Below are positions 26,591-41,218 of a stretch of 64,000 bases of DNA, one piece after another; position 1 is the first letter of the stretch; each line of letters starts with the position of its first letter. This stretch comes from the human T2T-CHM13v2.0 reference genome, Homo sapiens. The DNA lies in assembly GCF_009914755.1 (NCBI RefSeq), contig NC_060931.1; one strand, given 5' to 3'. Below the pieces are notes generated by a model, which did no database searches, was not told where the DNA came from, and saw only the letters and a list, made by a program, of their open reading frames with translations. The position numbers were made by a program, and so were the translations under genes.

Positions 26591-27983
26591 CTGGGAAAAG
26601 GACAACATGGCTTTACCCCCACCACTCCTATTCACTGGGTGTCTTCATGTTCACAGCATTAAATTGTTGAAAAAGGATGCCGCAGTCCCTAAGGCGCGTT
26701 CTCTGTGACCCCCTCTCACTTCGTTCTCCCTCATCCTGACAGCTGGCCCTGCATTATAGCCAGCCCTTGAGATGGAAGGGACAGGCAGCATGGTCTATTC
26801 CTACATGGAAAGTGAAATTATGGAAACAGACACCAAATAGTAATTTGTCTTAAGTCGTCACTTTTCTGTGTTGTAGAAGGCACTCTGCCGGCAGATGTTT
26901 TTATGCAACTGCATGGCTGCCCGAGAGCATACTCAAATGTGGAACTGTACACTTTAGTAGAGCAGCGCTTGGTATTTAGGGTCGTTTCAGTTTGCTCAGC
27001 GGTGCCCTCTATTAAAGCACATCATCTTTTAAAATGTCCTCTCTCATAACATTTTTGTACCCCTGCTCAATCCATGGGATAAACATTGCTAAAAAAATAC
27101 CAGAGTTAACTGTGGGCCCTTTATTTCATGAGATAAACCAGCTTTGTTCCCCTCGCCCTTTACTGCCACACAACTGTCAGAACATTTGCCAGGATTTGCA
27201 ACACAAAGAAGTATCACAGCACATTAATCCTTGTGACGGAGACAATGCTCTATTAATATTTTATGGCAAACAAATGGACTAATAAAAAATTGATATGCTT
27301 CTCACCAGGAAGAGTCACTATATTCTGATTTGAAGGCACCTTTGGCCTAGGACTCATGGAATGTAATAACGTTTCCTCAGCCAGGCTGTGCCATTGCATG
27401 TGCTCCCCCACGTAATCCATGGCAGTCCCCACCCTGTGCTGAAGTTAGTGGCTTGCCCATCTCTGCACCGTCCGCACCTAGAACCGTGTCTCCCACATGC
27501 CAAGCCCTGACTAGATGCGCTTGGATGCATCAGTGCATTGGTAGGCAGATATAGTGCTTTAGAATAAAGAGAAATTTGGTAGCATTTCTTCCAGCTATCT
27601 TCGCTTCCTGTTCATATTTTGGTATCATGCTCTTTTTAAAATGGAATTTTGATTATTAAAATATGACCATCTATTTTCTGTGATTATCAAAATGCTTCAA
27701 TATCTCTCTTCATCTTGGCAGATAGATTATTGCGTCTTTTAGCACTCAGCTCCAGCCTTATGTTAAAAAATGATTCCACTTCAAATCCTATTTTCTCCTC
27801 TCCTTTAACTGCTACCAAATTTCTCTTTATTCTGAAGCACTTTACCTGCCTACCAATACATTTACCCATTCAAAGAATATTTAGTAAGGGCAGATTTGGA
27901 AATGGAGATCTATAGTTAAATAGCGCTTGGAGTTATTCTCATGTGGTCGCCCACTGCCAGACAGAGGATCGCTCGTCTCCAAT

Positions 27984-28452
<469 letters not shown>

Positions 28453-30449
28453 ACTTGCCTCCTTAGAGATGGGGGTAGAGGCTGTTTCCACCACCTGCTT
28501 TCTCCCCTAATTGCATGGACTTTGCCTGACTTTGCCACAAAGGCCTCGCATCCCCATAGCTGTCCTGCTCTCTCTGGGTGGCCTGACCTCCCTGGGCGAG
28601 GGTGACAACACTGCCTGTGATTGCTGCGAAATCAGGACAGCTCACACAGGACGGGCAGGGTCTTCTCTCGTCTCTGCCCGTGCTTCCTTCTAGGCAGCAG
28701 TGCCTTCTGAGTACAGTCATGGTGGTGCCAATGATGTCCCTGTATGACACGAGATGTGTCACCCATGCAGACACCAACAGGTTTACAGGGAGCAGCGCGG
28801 GTCAGTGGGGTGTGGCATTATTGCGGCTCGCTGAGCAGTGGGCAGCCATTCCCGCAGCACAGGATTCTGCTCTCCCTCCACTTCCCTTTGTGAGGCATGG
28901 ACGCCTCCCATCAGTCCAACCTGTTCTCATGACTGTGCCTTCTGTTGACGTTGAGTGTTCTGGCATTATAACGTTCCTGTAGAGTCTCCCTCTGATCAAT
29001 GCTTCCCTTTGTCCCCTCGAGAGACAGTCTTACTCGGGGCATGGGAATTTGACAGGCATCTGCAGGTCCCACGCCTTGGGACAGAACACACATGAGTAGA
29101 AGCACTTCCTTCTCCTTGCTCTTTGTCTCAAGGAGCTCCCCGCCTGGCCAACCCAGGACTGTGAGGAAGAATGGTAAGGCCTGGACCTTGTGAGGGAGGA
29201 GGCAGGAACCAGAAGGGCTGGAAAAGGGCACAGGACAGGCTGACAAACATGGCTTTCTTGGAGGCTATCTCTTCAAGCCTCCAAGAGGAGCTTTCTTGGA
29301 GACAGCTCTTCTCTGCCCTATTTTCATCATTTTCTATAGGGGCAAAGACACCTGGGGAACTGCACAAGGAAAGGAGAGTTTTCGGCTCCAGCTTGAGCCA
29401 CTGGGACTTTCCTGCTTGGAGAAGGTTGCTGCAAGGGGTCCTGTGTGTTTCATTGCCTGTGAGCCTCATGCCCAACATGGAACCTCCTGCATGGCGTGAA
29501 CAGTGCACATCCAAGCTTCGACAGCAGCCTCTGGGGAGGGAATTGAGCTACAACTTGCACTGTGAACACGCCATTCTCCTGGGACAAGAGGCCCTCATAA
29601 GGAGAGAGACCTAGGACAAGAGTGAGCCAGACCTCGGCCCCAGCTGTGCGGACACTTGCCTGAGGAAAACCTTACCAAGCCCCCACCCTTCTGTAAAATT
29701 CAGAAGTCACAGAAGCTTATCCAAGCAAAGCCCGCAGAGAGCTCAGCACACCAGAGCCTTTAACACTCAAGCACAGTTTTCTGAGAAAGAAACACTTCAC
29801 TGTTAAATCACAGCAACGTACTTGTTCCTTCATTTTTTTTCTAAAAGGACAGGAAAAAAATGTACACTCAGTGAGCTGATGTAGATTCTAGTTACAGGGC
29901 AGTCTGGTTTTTGCTTGGTGAGAAAGCCAGCTCAAGTATTGGTCACTGTTGAGAATATACGTGAGACCCTTACCTGTTCCGAGTTTGTGAGGTCAGCCAC
30001 CACCATGCCCGTCACAATCAGGCAGGGGTGACTCTGGAGAGCTCCATCTAGGCTCCCTGAACAAAAAGAGCAAGCTCTCAGGTCTGCAGCAGATTCTGTG
30101 TGTCCTATCACCAGCTCCCTACCTCAGTCCACAGACCCGTCTAATCTGACCTTGCCACCTTCATGAAGACTTAATCATTCCCATCCCCTTATCAGATGAA
30201 TGGGTGGGCATTATTAATTAAATATCCTGCTGCTTCTGTGCCCTTTCCTGCCTTCTTTTCTTTGAATTAAACTTATTTCTTGAGGAGCTTGAAAAAAAAT
30301 ATCTTATTCTTATGAACTTGGTCTGGTTGGAAGCATCTAGAGCGGCTGTGATCAGGTGTGTGGGGAAGGACATCTCCACCGTGTACCAGTGAGAGCTAGC
30401 CAATAGGTTCAGCCTCATTCAGAGGCACTGAAATATTTCTCCATGACAC

Positions 30450-33400
30450 CGTGGGTTTATTTATTGTTGTTGTTAAGTTTTATTTAGTTTTAACTTTGCT
30501 TTTCTTTTTTATCAAAGTATTGCATATTAGTGCTTAAAAATAAAATAATATGGAAGAGTCTATAGTGAAAAACAACAGTCTCTTCCCTCTCCTTCTAACC
30601 CATCTCACCCCCAGATGGAGATGACTTTTCACTCTTTTTACACTTTCTCCTGATATATACCATCCTATATGGTAAATCACTAAGCAAAATGCACATTTCA
30701 CTGTTTTTAAATGAATTTTTGTCTTATTTATTGTCTTTTTATGATAGACAAGAATTCAGAACACTTACCTTCCTACCTATTCTACCCCCTCCATTTATAT
30801 GTGGATTTTATTCTCTATGTCAGTTACCTTTTTACATTTAAATACTATTACAAGTTTGTTCATGTTACATTAACTACAGAGAGGAGCTCTTAACTTCCCA
30901 ATTTGTAAACTGAGATTAGTCCCCCGCCCTTTCCTACAAGTCCCTTTCCTGTCCCTACCACACAGCAACTTCTGCATCTTTGTTTTTACTTTTACATCAT
31001 TGAGGTTGATGGCATTTACACTCTGTCCTGTAATCATAACTAAACCTTCCTTACTTTTCCATTGGTTGATTCTAAAAGATTAAAATCAATAAATAGCATT
31101 TACTTTCTCATAACTAAGTGATTATCTTTCATGATAGAGCGAAGGAGTGCCCTGTGATTGCAATTCTTTTTGTTTCACTTTTTGTTTTCCTGGAGTTTTA
31201 AATTGCTTTTGTTTTTTACCTGAAATATTTAATTTTATTACATCCTCTCTCTCCTTTTTTCAAATCCTCTCAGCTATTCTGTTGCATTGCCCTTTTCCCC
31301 AAGTCTGTCTCTCTGAGTGCCCTCCATAGCCCTGGTATTGTCTGGACTACTTTTTCCAACCTCTACACTAAGGCCATCCTGGGACCTCCCCACAGTGCTC
31401 CCTCATGTTGGGGCAACTGTTTCCTAGATCTCATAGATCACGTGATTTACTCCCTCTTTTGTCTGGAGTGCATTCTCTTAATGATTTACTAAGAAAGGAG
31501 TGCAGGAAGTAAATTTTCTGAATTCTTGAATAGCTAAAAATGTCTCTTTTTTCACACATTTGAAATTTTAGCTGTATGTAGAATTGTAGTGTTTTTATTA
31601 ACTCTTTATTCGTCAAAGCTAGAGGGTGTAGCTCCATTGTTTCCAGCATTTTGAGATGCTAAAGATAAACCTCATGTTGGTCTGTGATATGGTTTGGCTA
31701 TGTCCCCACCCAAATCTCATCTTGAATTGTAGTTTCCATAATCCCCAAGTGTCGTGGGAGGGACTTTGTGGGAGGTAATTGAATCATGGGGGCAGTTACT
31801 CCCATGCTGTTCTCTTGATAGTGAATGAGTGCTCATTTGATCTGATGGTTTTATAAGGGGCTTTTTCCCCTTTGCTGGGCACTTCTCCTTGCCACCATAT
31901 GAAGAAGGATGGGTTTGCTTTCCCTTCCACCATGATTGTAAGTTTCCTGAGGCCTCTGCAGCCCTGCAGAACTGTGAGTCAATTAAATTTCTTTCCTTTA
32001 TAAATTACCCAGTCTCAGGCAGTTCTTTACAGCAGTGTGAGAATAGACTTCTGATAATTGTTCCTCTGCAAATCACCTTTTTTCTTTCCAAAAGCTTTTT
32101 GAATTTTGAAATAATATATCTATGTGTGTGTTTTCTTTTCACTTATCACCGTTTCATCCATATACTTTCAATTGTTCCTCCTGTTTGAACTGCATTTCTG
32201 AGTCTCATACGATGCTTTACCTGGAGCTCTGAGTCCCCATGATTCTCTCTGAGGTTTCAGCTCTGCAAGTGTCCAGGTTGCTGTGCCCTCCAGCCTGACT
32301 CATCCCTCATGACCCTTCTATCTACTTTCTGTCTTCCAGAAACATGAAATCTCTCAGCCCTCCCCTGTTGTCTTTATTATTGTACATATATTTTATTTCT
32401 TTATTATCATTGCAATTAGGTTTCTGGAGGGAAAACAAACTAATGTGATAAATCTACTAACTTAAGTTGGAGACTTCCAGTGTTTTCTTAATAACCATCT
32501 TCTTGTTTAAAAAGTAACCTATGCAGTATGGAAAATAATAATCCCTTGTCATTGCACATCACACTACCCGTAGGTAACTACTGTGAGAAATTTGATAAAT
32601 TATCCTTTGAGATTTCTTTTCTGGAAATGTATATTTGTTCTTCATTTATTTGGGTTTTTTTTAAAAAATGATTAAGCCATTTTCCCAACACCATCGATTG
32701 TGGAAGTCTTCCTTTCCCTACTGATTTGGAATGACATCTTTATTAAATGTAAAATTATCATACAAACCAGTGTGCATTAAAGGTGCCTGTCCACTACTGA
32801 TGGTTGCCTCAGTCAGATGTCAGGTGGTTCCAGAAATACGCTTATTATTAGCAACTTTAAAAAATAAATCCCCTGTCCCTATGCTTCCTTTTTAAAACCA
32901 CCTATCTATTTCTTCTTTTATGCGAACTTCAGAATTATTTTATTTGACTCTCTACTGAAAAGAAATTCATTGGTTTGCTATTAAAATTAAATTCATTTCT
33001 TTAACCAATATTAAGTATTTACCATGTGTGAAGCCCTATGTAAGGTGCTAAAAAATGTACAAATGAATAAGGTGGGTATGGTCTCTGCCATTATGAAGGT
33101 TAAATATAATAAATTCAGTTCTTTCCAAACTGATCACCATTTTGAAAACTTTACCATGTCTTTTCTCTTATTCCAGAAACATAGGTGTTTCTATTCCTTT
33201 TTTCTAAATAATATCCTTCCATTTCATCATGTGTAATGCTGCTATGTTTTGTTTTTAGCCTTCTTTTTGCAATTTACTAAATGCTTATGATCCTACAAAC
33301 TATTTGCCCAGTATTTCTTTATATTATTTTTATCACTTAATTTGAATTTATCATCAAATTGATAGTAGTTTAGAACTAGCTATGGATGAACTGATTTTAG
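30450..33400 (-). mobile_element. Degraded old L1M(E) fragments (T-rich block)
   Basis: T-rich strand bias with L1M-like segments such as ttttcccaacaccatcgattg...ctttcccta; boundaries and subfamily uncertain. Confidence 0.45.
31685..32049 (+). mobile_element. THE1(D-like) MaLR solo LTR lacking its terminal ~6 nt
   Basis: tgatatggtttggctatgtccccacccaaatctcatc...cagcagtgtgagaatagact. Confidence 0.92.
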
Positions 33401-33469
33401 AGATTACTTTTTTTTACATGTTGAGTTTTTAATTTTGAGCCATTAATTTTGAGTTGCCTTCATAAGTCA

Positions 33470-33808
<339 letters not shown>

Positions 33809-35175
33809 TTAATACAAAAATATATTGGTTGTTAAAAAAACACATTGAAATATTAAACATTAAGTATTAGCAATAGACAGAAAGGAGGAGAAGCTTCAGA
33901 TCAGCCTAAATTTTGATCCTTTGTCAAAACTTATTTCCTTATTACTAGATTATTGTGGAATTTCGGTTTTCCCATAACTCAAAGGTTCTAGCACAACATA
34001 TTTAGATGTTTCATTATTTTCCCTGGAATGTGGGAAATCCCTTTTAGTCTTCACATTCGGGTCTTTTTTCCTACACAGAAGTTTCGTCCTCTTTGTCTTT
34101 GGTTATCGTGTCTGTAGCCACTCTGGTTTCTCTGTAGAAGCACTGCTCTTCCCAGCCGGTAGGAAGGCTCATCTTCTTCTTTACACCTCCATGTCACCTT
34201 CCTCTGCCTTGTGGGAGAACCTCCCACATTTTCCTCAATTTTCCTGACCCAAATTTTTCTAATTTTAGTTTTAGTTTCCTTGCAGCCCCCTCATCTCCCT
34301 TTTTGATCTTATCTTGGACTTTTAGAATTCTGTTCTCTTTATTTTTAGTGTGACTTCCCTTTCCTTTATTCTGCACCATTTGACCCTCACAGTTCCGCAC
34401 CTCAGGAAGGAGAATGCCTCCCACACCTGATACCTGGCCACAGACAAAGGGTGAGAGTCACCTTTGACTCTGTGTTCTGACTTTTTAGGTGCTACTGAGC
34501 TCTTCTCCGGTGTAAATCTGGAAGACAGTCTAACCCATGTGCATCTGGCATGGATCGTCTGGGCTGAGTTGACATTTTTTTTTCTACCTTCTTAAGAATT
34601 TTTCTTTGACATTCTATGTAAATTAGTACACATGGAAAATTACAATCTTCCTTAACACCCATTTAGCAAAGGTTTGACTTTCCAAATCTGTGGCTGGTGT
34701 GAGCCCAGCATTTCTGAGGGAAGAATAGTACAGTGGGGAAGAGAAAAACCTTTTCCTTCTGCGTTCTCATGGCTGGGGCTGCCCTGTTCCCTACAGGGAA
34801 GAAACTGGGCAAGACCTTGTCTGGTTTCACCAGTGCCATCTGTGTTGCAGTTAGAGATTTTCAACATTCATTTCTAATGGCATTGTGACTTTTCATCATT
34901 TCTGTGTGTCTCTTTAGACATGATAACACAAAGTTAGTAAAGGTCTCCCTCTGCCGGCCAGGCACCACTGCTTGCTGGAGACCTCTGTCTGGAGAGTCCA
35001 CACTCGATGTGGTGTATGGTGTGCTGTTTGTGAGCAAGTAAATGTTTTATTTTCCCTTCCAGCAGCAAAAGTGTGACTACAAACCTTATAGAGCAAAAGA
35101 ATGTCCCTTTGTCCAAAGCGTCGCTGCCTCGCAAGGTGCCTACCTTGTCCCCAGAAAGCTGCTAGAACGCCTTCA

Positions 35176-35548
<373 letters not shown>

Positions 35549-36129
35549 CAAGTGTATTTGGCACCAGGTATAGTCATTGATGCAACTCATGGACTTAGGA
35601 AATGTTGACTAGAGATGAGATGTTGCTATGCGGGTCATGAGGCAACATCAAGCTCTCAGGGCAAGTCGGCACAAGGGGCCCAAAAGCTTTATGATAAATG
35701 GCAACAGGATTAGAAGAGGCAAAGAACTGCCCAAAATGTGAGAATCACGGCTTCCTTACATAGAGGTGGAGCCCTTATGGATGCATGTATGTAAAAAGAA
35801 ATCTTATTATATAATCTTTATAAATTCCATTAATAGTGTTTATTGTTTTGGGTTTTTAAAAATATTTCACACTGTATTTCATCACCATAACATCTCTAAG
35901 GGTGCCACCAGGCTTTAAAAATTCATATTACACAAATGAAGAAACTGAGGGTTGAAGCACCGTATAGAATTAATTGTAGAACCAAGGCTTTCTCAGGCCT
36001 CTGAGGTGAGCCACATTCTGCCCCTCAACCCAGGGATGAGCCACGAGGCAGAGTGGGTCCACATTTAACTGTCCTAATTTTTAGTACAATTATATTTTTC
36101 CTCAGTGCAACAGCCTCATATTACAAACT

Positions 36130-36212
36130 AAGAGAAGGGAGGAAAGGAGGGAGGGAGGGAGGGAGAGGAAAGGAAGGAGGGAGGGAGGGGAGGGGAGGGA
36201 GGGAGGGAAAAA
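36130..36212. repeat. (GGGA)n purine-rich tract
   Basis: Direct reading. Confidence 0.9.
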
Positions 36213-36263
36213 AGAGATGATCTAGCACTCACTTTATGTAACTGGTCATTTTACTTGGGGCTC

Positions 36264-36949
36264 TGTATTAGTCAGTTCTCACACTGCTAATAAACACATA
36301 CTTGAGGCTGGGCACGGTGGTCCATGCCTGTAGTCCCAGCACTTTGGGAGGCCGAGGCTGGCAGATTACTTGAGGTCAGGAACTTGAGACCAGCCTGGCC
36401 AACATGGTGAAACCCCATCTCTACTAAAAACACAAAAATTAGCCAGGCATGGTGGCAGACATCTGTAATCCCAACTACTTGGGAGGCTGAGGCATGAGAA
36501 TCGCTTGAACCTGGGAGGTACAGGTTGCAGTGAGCCAAGATATTGTGCCACTGCACTCCAGCCTGGGGAATAGAGTGAGACTCTGTCTCAAAAAAATAAA
36601 AATAAAAATAAATAAATAAAATAAAGACCTACCTGAGACTGGGTAATTTAGAAAGAGAGAGGTTTCATAGACTCAGTTCCACATGGCTGGGGAGGCCTCA
36701 CAATCATGGTGGAAGACGAAAGAAGGGCAAAGGGGTGTCTTACCTGGTGGCAGGCAAGAGAGCGTGTGCAGGGAGACTGCCATTTATAAAACCATCAGAT
36801 CTCGTGAGAACTTATTCCCTACCATGGGAACAGCATGGGGGAAACCACCCGCATGATTCAATTGTCTACACCTGGCCCCGCCCTTGACATGTGGGGATTA
36901 TTACAATTCAAGGTGAGATTTGCCGGGGGGACATGGCCAAACCATATCA
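36264..36949 (-). mobile_element. THE1(C-like) solo LTR split by an Alu
   Basis: tgtattagtc...aaaccatatca; 5-bp TSD GGCTC (36259-36263 / 36950-36954). Confidence 0.92.
36306..36622 (+). mobile_element. Alu (AluS-type) nested in THE1
   Basis: Full Alu with (AAAAT)n tail; degenerate TSD ataaa(c/g)ac(a/c)tac(t/c)tga. Confidence 0.97.
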
Positions 36950-37602
36950 GGCTCTGAGTAAAGAAACAGTGTGGTGGCTACTTCTAGAAAATAACAAACC
37001 ACACCAGAGTAACACATCCTTGCCTCCTTCTAAAGCCATGAAGCAGGCTTGTCCCTGTGTGTCCACGTTTTGTGGCCAAGAGCTTTAAGCAGGAACAGTA
37101 CTGTGACTCCGCGGGCCATGTCACTGCTGTTGATGCTGCACACCCCAGCCCCCTGGTTCCATCCAGTGGCACTCAGCCTAGTGACATTTCCAGCACGATT
37201 TGTTCTGGAGGCATCAAGAGAAAGTTTGCATCCATCTCATTTTCATTTATAACATTTCACTTCCAAATTAAGAAATAGAAAAACTAAGAATAGTGTGTAG
37301 TCATATTTGGCCTAGATGAAGATTATTTGTACAAAAGAACACTATAAAAAGCAGAAAGAAGCATAGGATGAATGAATGTTTCCAACAATTGAGAACAAAA
37401 GCAGCATTCTTCCTAATTAGCATGAAGGACATAGAGGGAAAAAATAGTCATTCCGGGAGACCTTACATTTTCTTTCTTGATTGCATGCAGACGAAATGTG
37501 TTTGCTGAGAGAGTAAGTGCAGGGTACCCTGTGGCTTCGCCACTGCCCCCATTGTGGACATGGAATCTTGCAACCACAGGCCCCATGTGGCTCTCACACA
37601 CG

Positions 37603-37671
37603 TCCCATGGTAGGGAATAAGTTCTCATGAGATCTGATGGTTTTATAAATGGCAGTTTCCCTGCACACGCT
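37603..37671 (+). repeat. 69-bp inverted copy of 36761-36829 (internal THE1 segment)
   Basis: 67/69 identical to the reverse complement of 36761-36829 by manual alignment. Confidence 0.93.
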
Positions 37672-38959
37672 TCAGCGTCCTCCAGTGTGGACTCAAAGAC
37701 CAGTTACAACATCATTAAAAAATAAAAGTGTTCTATGTAAAGCAAGGGCTAGGCAGAGACGTTGAATTATATTTAAGGACAAAAGTGACATATATTTTTT
37801 TCTTATGATTGTAAATAATGACCAAATCCCATCATTATAAATGCCTGTCCCTGCCTTTGGGCCATGAAACAGCAAAGCAGGACCTTTGTTGAATGTTGCT
37901 GGCAGGATGTGCCACCTGTCAGTGCCAGGGCCAGGATGGAGAGCAGGGGGGAGGGCATGGTCCCTGTGGACATGCAAGCCAGGTTCTGGGGCAGGCCAGG
38001 CTCTAGGACGGGCCAGTATGGGGAGCAGATGGTGGGAAGAAAAGCAACCATGTTTCAGACATCACAGAAATGGAGCAGGTTGAAAGGCACGAGAGCTGGA
38101 TTACAGCTGAGCGCCCCTTCTGTGTTCACGGGTTATGTACCTCCTCACCACCCCAGTCCTCAGGAACTCCCCATGACCACAGTGGGCAGCTGCAGACCTC
38201 CCCTCCTGGCCATGCGCCAGCAGCCGCCTGTCTTAGGCCCTCACCTGCTTGCCGCTGTTCCTTCTGTTTGCCACATGGTCCTGATTTAGGTCAAGTTATT
38301 AAGAACCTTGATTAACAAGTTTTAATTGTGGGAAATGGGGGAGATGTGGCACTGGAATCTCCTGGTTAACTGAGGCTCCAGCCAAGGCATCTGGCTATAG
38401 TCGTTTCTGTTAAAATAATTATTAAGTGTAGTGAGGTCGCTCTCTGGCTCGCCAGGAATTGTCTAGTGAATGTACTGCTGTCTTTAGTGATAAAAGATCT
38501 TGTAAGACCACAAAGTAATCATTCTGAACAGTAGATCTCATTATAGATAGAGAAGGGGTGAATGATTGAACGCGCATTAGCTGGCTTCTAGAACATTCTG
38601 GGATTCACCTGGGGATAGTCTTTTTGGGGCATTAATTTTCTCAACACTTTCTTCTTCCTCTTAAATGTAAAATTGTATTTTTTTAATCTGGTTTTTGGAG
38701 GGCTCTGGGTGACTGGATGAATTCCCAGAAGCCCCGGTACCCCTCGGGCTAAGTAGAGAGCCGCACAGAGCCTGTGGTAGTTTCAGGTTTGGGCAGAATC
38801 AGGCGCATGACCCTTAAGATATCAAACCAAGTTCGCCTGAAGCCCAGAGCCATGAACCAATTTCCCTAATTAGCTAGAGAGTGTCCCTGGGTATTTTATC
38901 TTTAAGGAGGAGGAATTAGAGAATGGAGCCTTCAACAGCCCAGGCTGGGATGCTTCTCA

Positions 38960-40190
38960 CCCTGTGTCGCTCTCTGGGGCCTCCCGCCAGCCCTTTTCCG
39001 GTTCTTTCTCTGTCCCGCCTCCCCGGACCCCTCGCTGCCCGGTCAGGTGGTTAGTTGTGCGTTTGCCTGGTACTGCGGTGTGAAAGTCAAGGCATCAGCT
39101 GGAGAGACGAGACCTCAAAACCCACGGAGCAGCCCCCACACCCCTCACCCCCAGGGCAGCCACACGCAGTGACATGCAACTCCCAGTGTCTTTGGGTTTA
39201 TTTAGCAAGAGGTAATGACTGGGCGGCCCCTCAGAGTCCCGCGCCAGTGCAGATTCTTTATAAGCCAGATTTCAGAAGCTCGCAGGCTGGCTGTGTCACC
39301 ACTGGCTCCGGCCCCCGGCTCCCGTGTCGTGTCCAGGGCTGGGGTCGGCGGTCCCCTGGCTTCTGTCGTGCGGGGGTCCTGCCAAGCTGCTCATGCTGTG
39401 TTTGGCGTTTCCAGGGAGTACTACATCACCATGGTGAAGTGGGCCACCAGCACCAAGGTCGCCGTGACCTGGCTGAACCGGGCGCAGAACGTGTCCATCC
39501 TCACCCTCTGCGACGCCACCACGGGGGTCTGCACGAAGGTACGCGGGGCTGTGGGGGTGGAGGGGAGACGGGTGAAGAACCGATGGTCAGACGCGCCCGA
39601 GGTGGCGCCAGAGTCGTCTCAGCCCTCGGGCCTGGGACTTCGGGACCGGCCGCCCAGCTGCTGCGGGGAGCCCGCGGCGCAGAGTCCCGGCTCCGGCGTG
39701 GCTGCCACCTCGTGGCTGGTGCAGGCGCTGCCGCAGACCCGACCGAACCCATCCGTGAATTGCCAGAGGCGCCCCGTGCCTGGCACCTGGACGCCGTCCG
39801 CAGTTCACTGAGTGTTGCTTCCCTTTATCCGCGCTCACCGCTGTGACCTAAGTGAGCGTCCTCCTCGTTGCAGCTGATGCTCAGAGAGGAGGGGCCCTGC
39901 CTTTCCCCAGACCCCGCCGACAGCCTCCCCCAGCGGGCTCCAGGCGTGCGTCCCTCCCCACGTCCTGGTGAGGCCAGCCATGTTTCTAGGAGTCTCAGGC
40001 CGACTCAGTGTGTAGTGAGAGAAGGTAAACGTAGGGGAAAGAAAATTAAAATGCTCAAAGAGTGAGCAAAGGAAAAATGAAGTGTAAGAGAGGTTGCCCG
40101 GGTGGAGCAGGCAGGCGGCCCACGGCCTCACCCTCGCCCCATGGGATGGGCCCCCCCACCCCCACCCCCACCCCCACCCCACGCTGCTCC
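38960..40190. promoter_or_regulatory. Intragenic CpG island spanning the 124-nt exon
   Basis: Sharp rise in GC and CpG density (cgcg, gccgc, cggcg) against a CpG-depleted background; boundaries judged by eye. Confidence 0.85.
39415..39538 (+). CDS. DPP6: DPP6 coding exon (approx. exon 11), 124 nt, phase 2->0: [41 protein letters not shown]
   Basis: Acceptor gtttccag, donor AAG|gtacgc; WLNR-x-QN family motif; phase matches both neighbours. Confidence 0.98.
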
Positions 40191-41218
40191 ATCAGGGCCC
40201 CCAGAAGCAGGTCACCTTGTGGCGGGTTTTGTAGACATCAAATAATATCGATTAATACATTCAGGCAGGCCTTTCAGAAACTCCTTTTTGATCTTAAGTT
40301 TCTGTCTCCTGGCTGAGGGGGGCCAAGGCTTGCAGGCATATTTACTTGAGAGGCTCCTAACACGACAGCTGTGCCTGAGATCCTAAGCACAGTGATTGTT
40401 TCTAAGGTGGTCAGTCTTGCCTGACCTTTTATCTAACCTGGGGCGGATTCCAGGCTATTCTGATGAGCTTGCTTGAGGGGAAGGAAGGAACGTGAGGACA
40501 CAAAGCAGGCAGCTAAAAATGGCTTGTAATCTGCAACTTCTCCATGCCCCTGAGCCTTGAGTGTCAGTGGCAAACACTGCTTCCTGCTATAACCCATGAC
40601 AGAGGCCTGCTCCAGGGGCCCGGAGGTCCAGTCTGCACCAGCACCAGGCCCACAGCGCCTCCAGGTGACACATGTGTGCTGCACAGCTTGAGTTTGGTGT
40701 CTGGAGTTTTGTTTTTCTTTTGTTTGCACCTTTCCATAGACCACTGTGAGACCTACTTTTCCTCTATGCTTTAGCCCCTTTGGAAGGGTTTCTGGTCCAC
40801 CAGGAGTGTTACTCAGTATTCCAGAATGGGATCTGGACACAATGTCCAATGTTCTGACTCAGTGTAGGCTGAGGTTCACTATTAGATGGACACATGCCCG
40901 GGCAGTGATGACCGCCCCCTGGTACACGTGCCATCTTCCCCCAGAGGGTTCTTTTCCACCACGGGTTTGTCCTTGTTGCTAGGGATAGTGGCATTTTCTA
41001 ATTCGAGGACGCTTGTGTTTGGCTCCGAGCCACGCACGAAACAAAGAGGAGAGCTCGGGATTGCCTCCTCCCAGAGCTGCCGTGGCAGCTGTGCAATGCT
41101 TGTGCAGCGGCCATGTAGGTGAAGCCAAATTGTTTCCTGCACTGTCGGTCACAGACACAATACATGCAAAAAAAAAAAAAGAAAAACCCTCTTGTCTAAT
41201 GCTCTCATTTCATTTCAG

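Noticed and set aside
25945-26635. 226-aa and 175-aa minus-strand (SIHP)n ORFs
   Set aside because: Translation of a (TCCA)n simple repeat
39055-39846. 263-aa ORF overlapping the 124-nt exon in another frame
   Set aside because: Expected in GC-rich island DNA; non-ATG start and no recognisable domain
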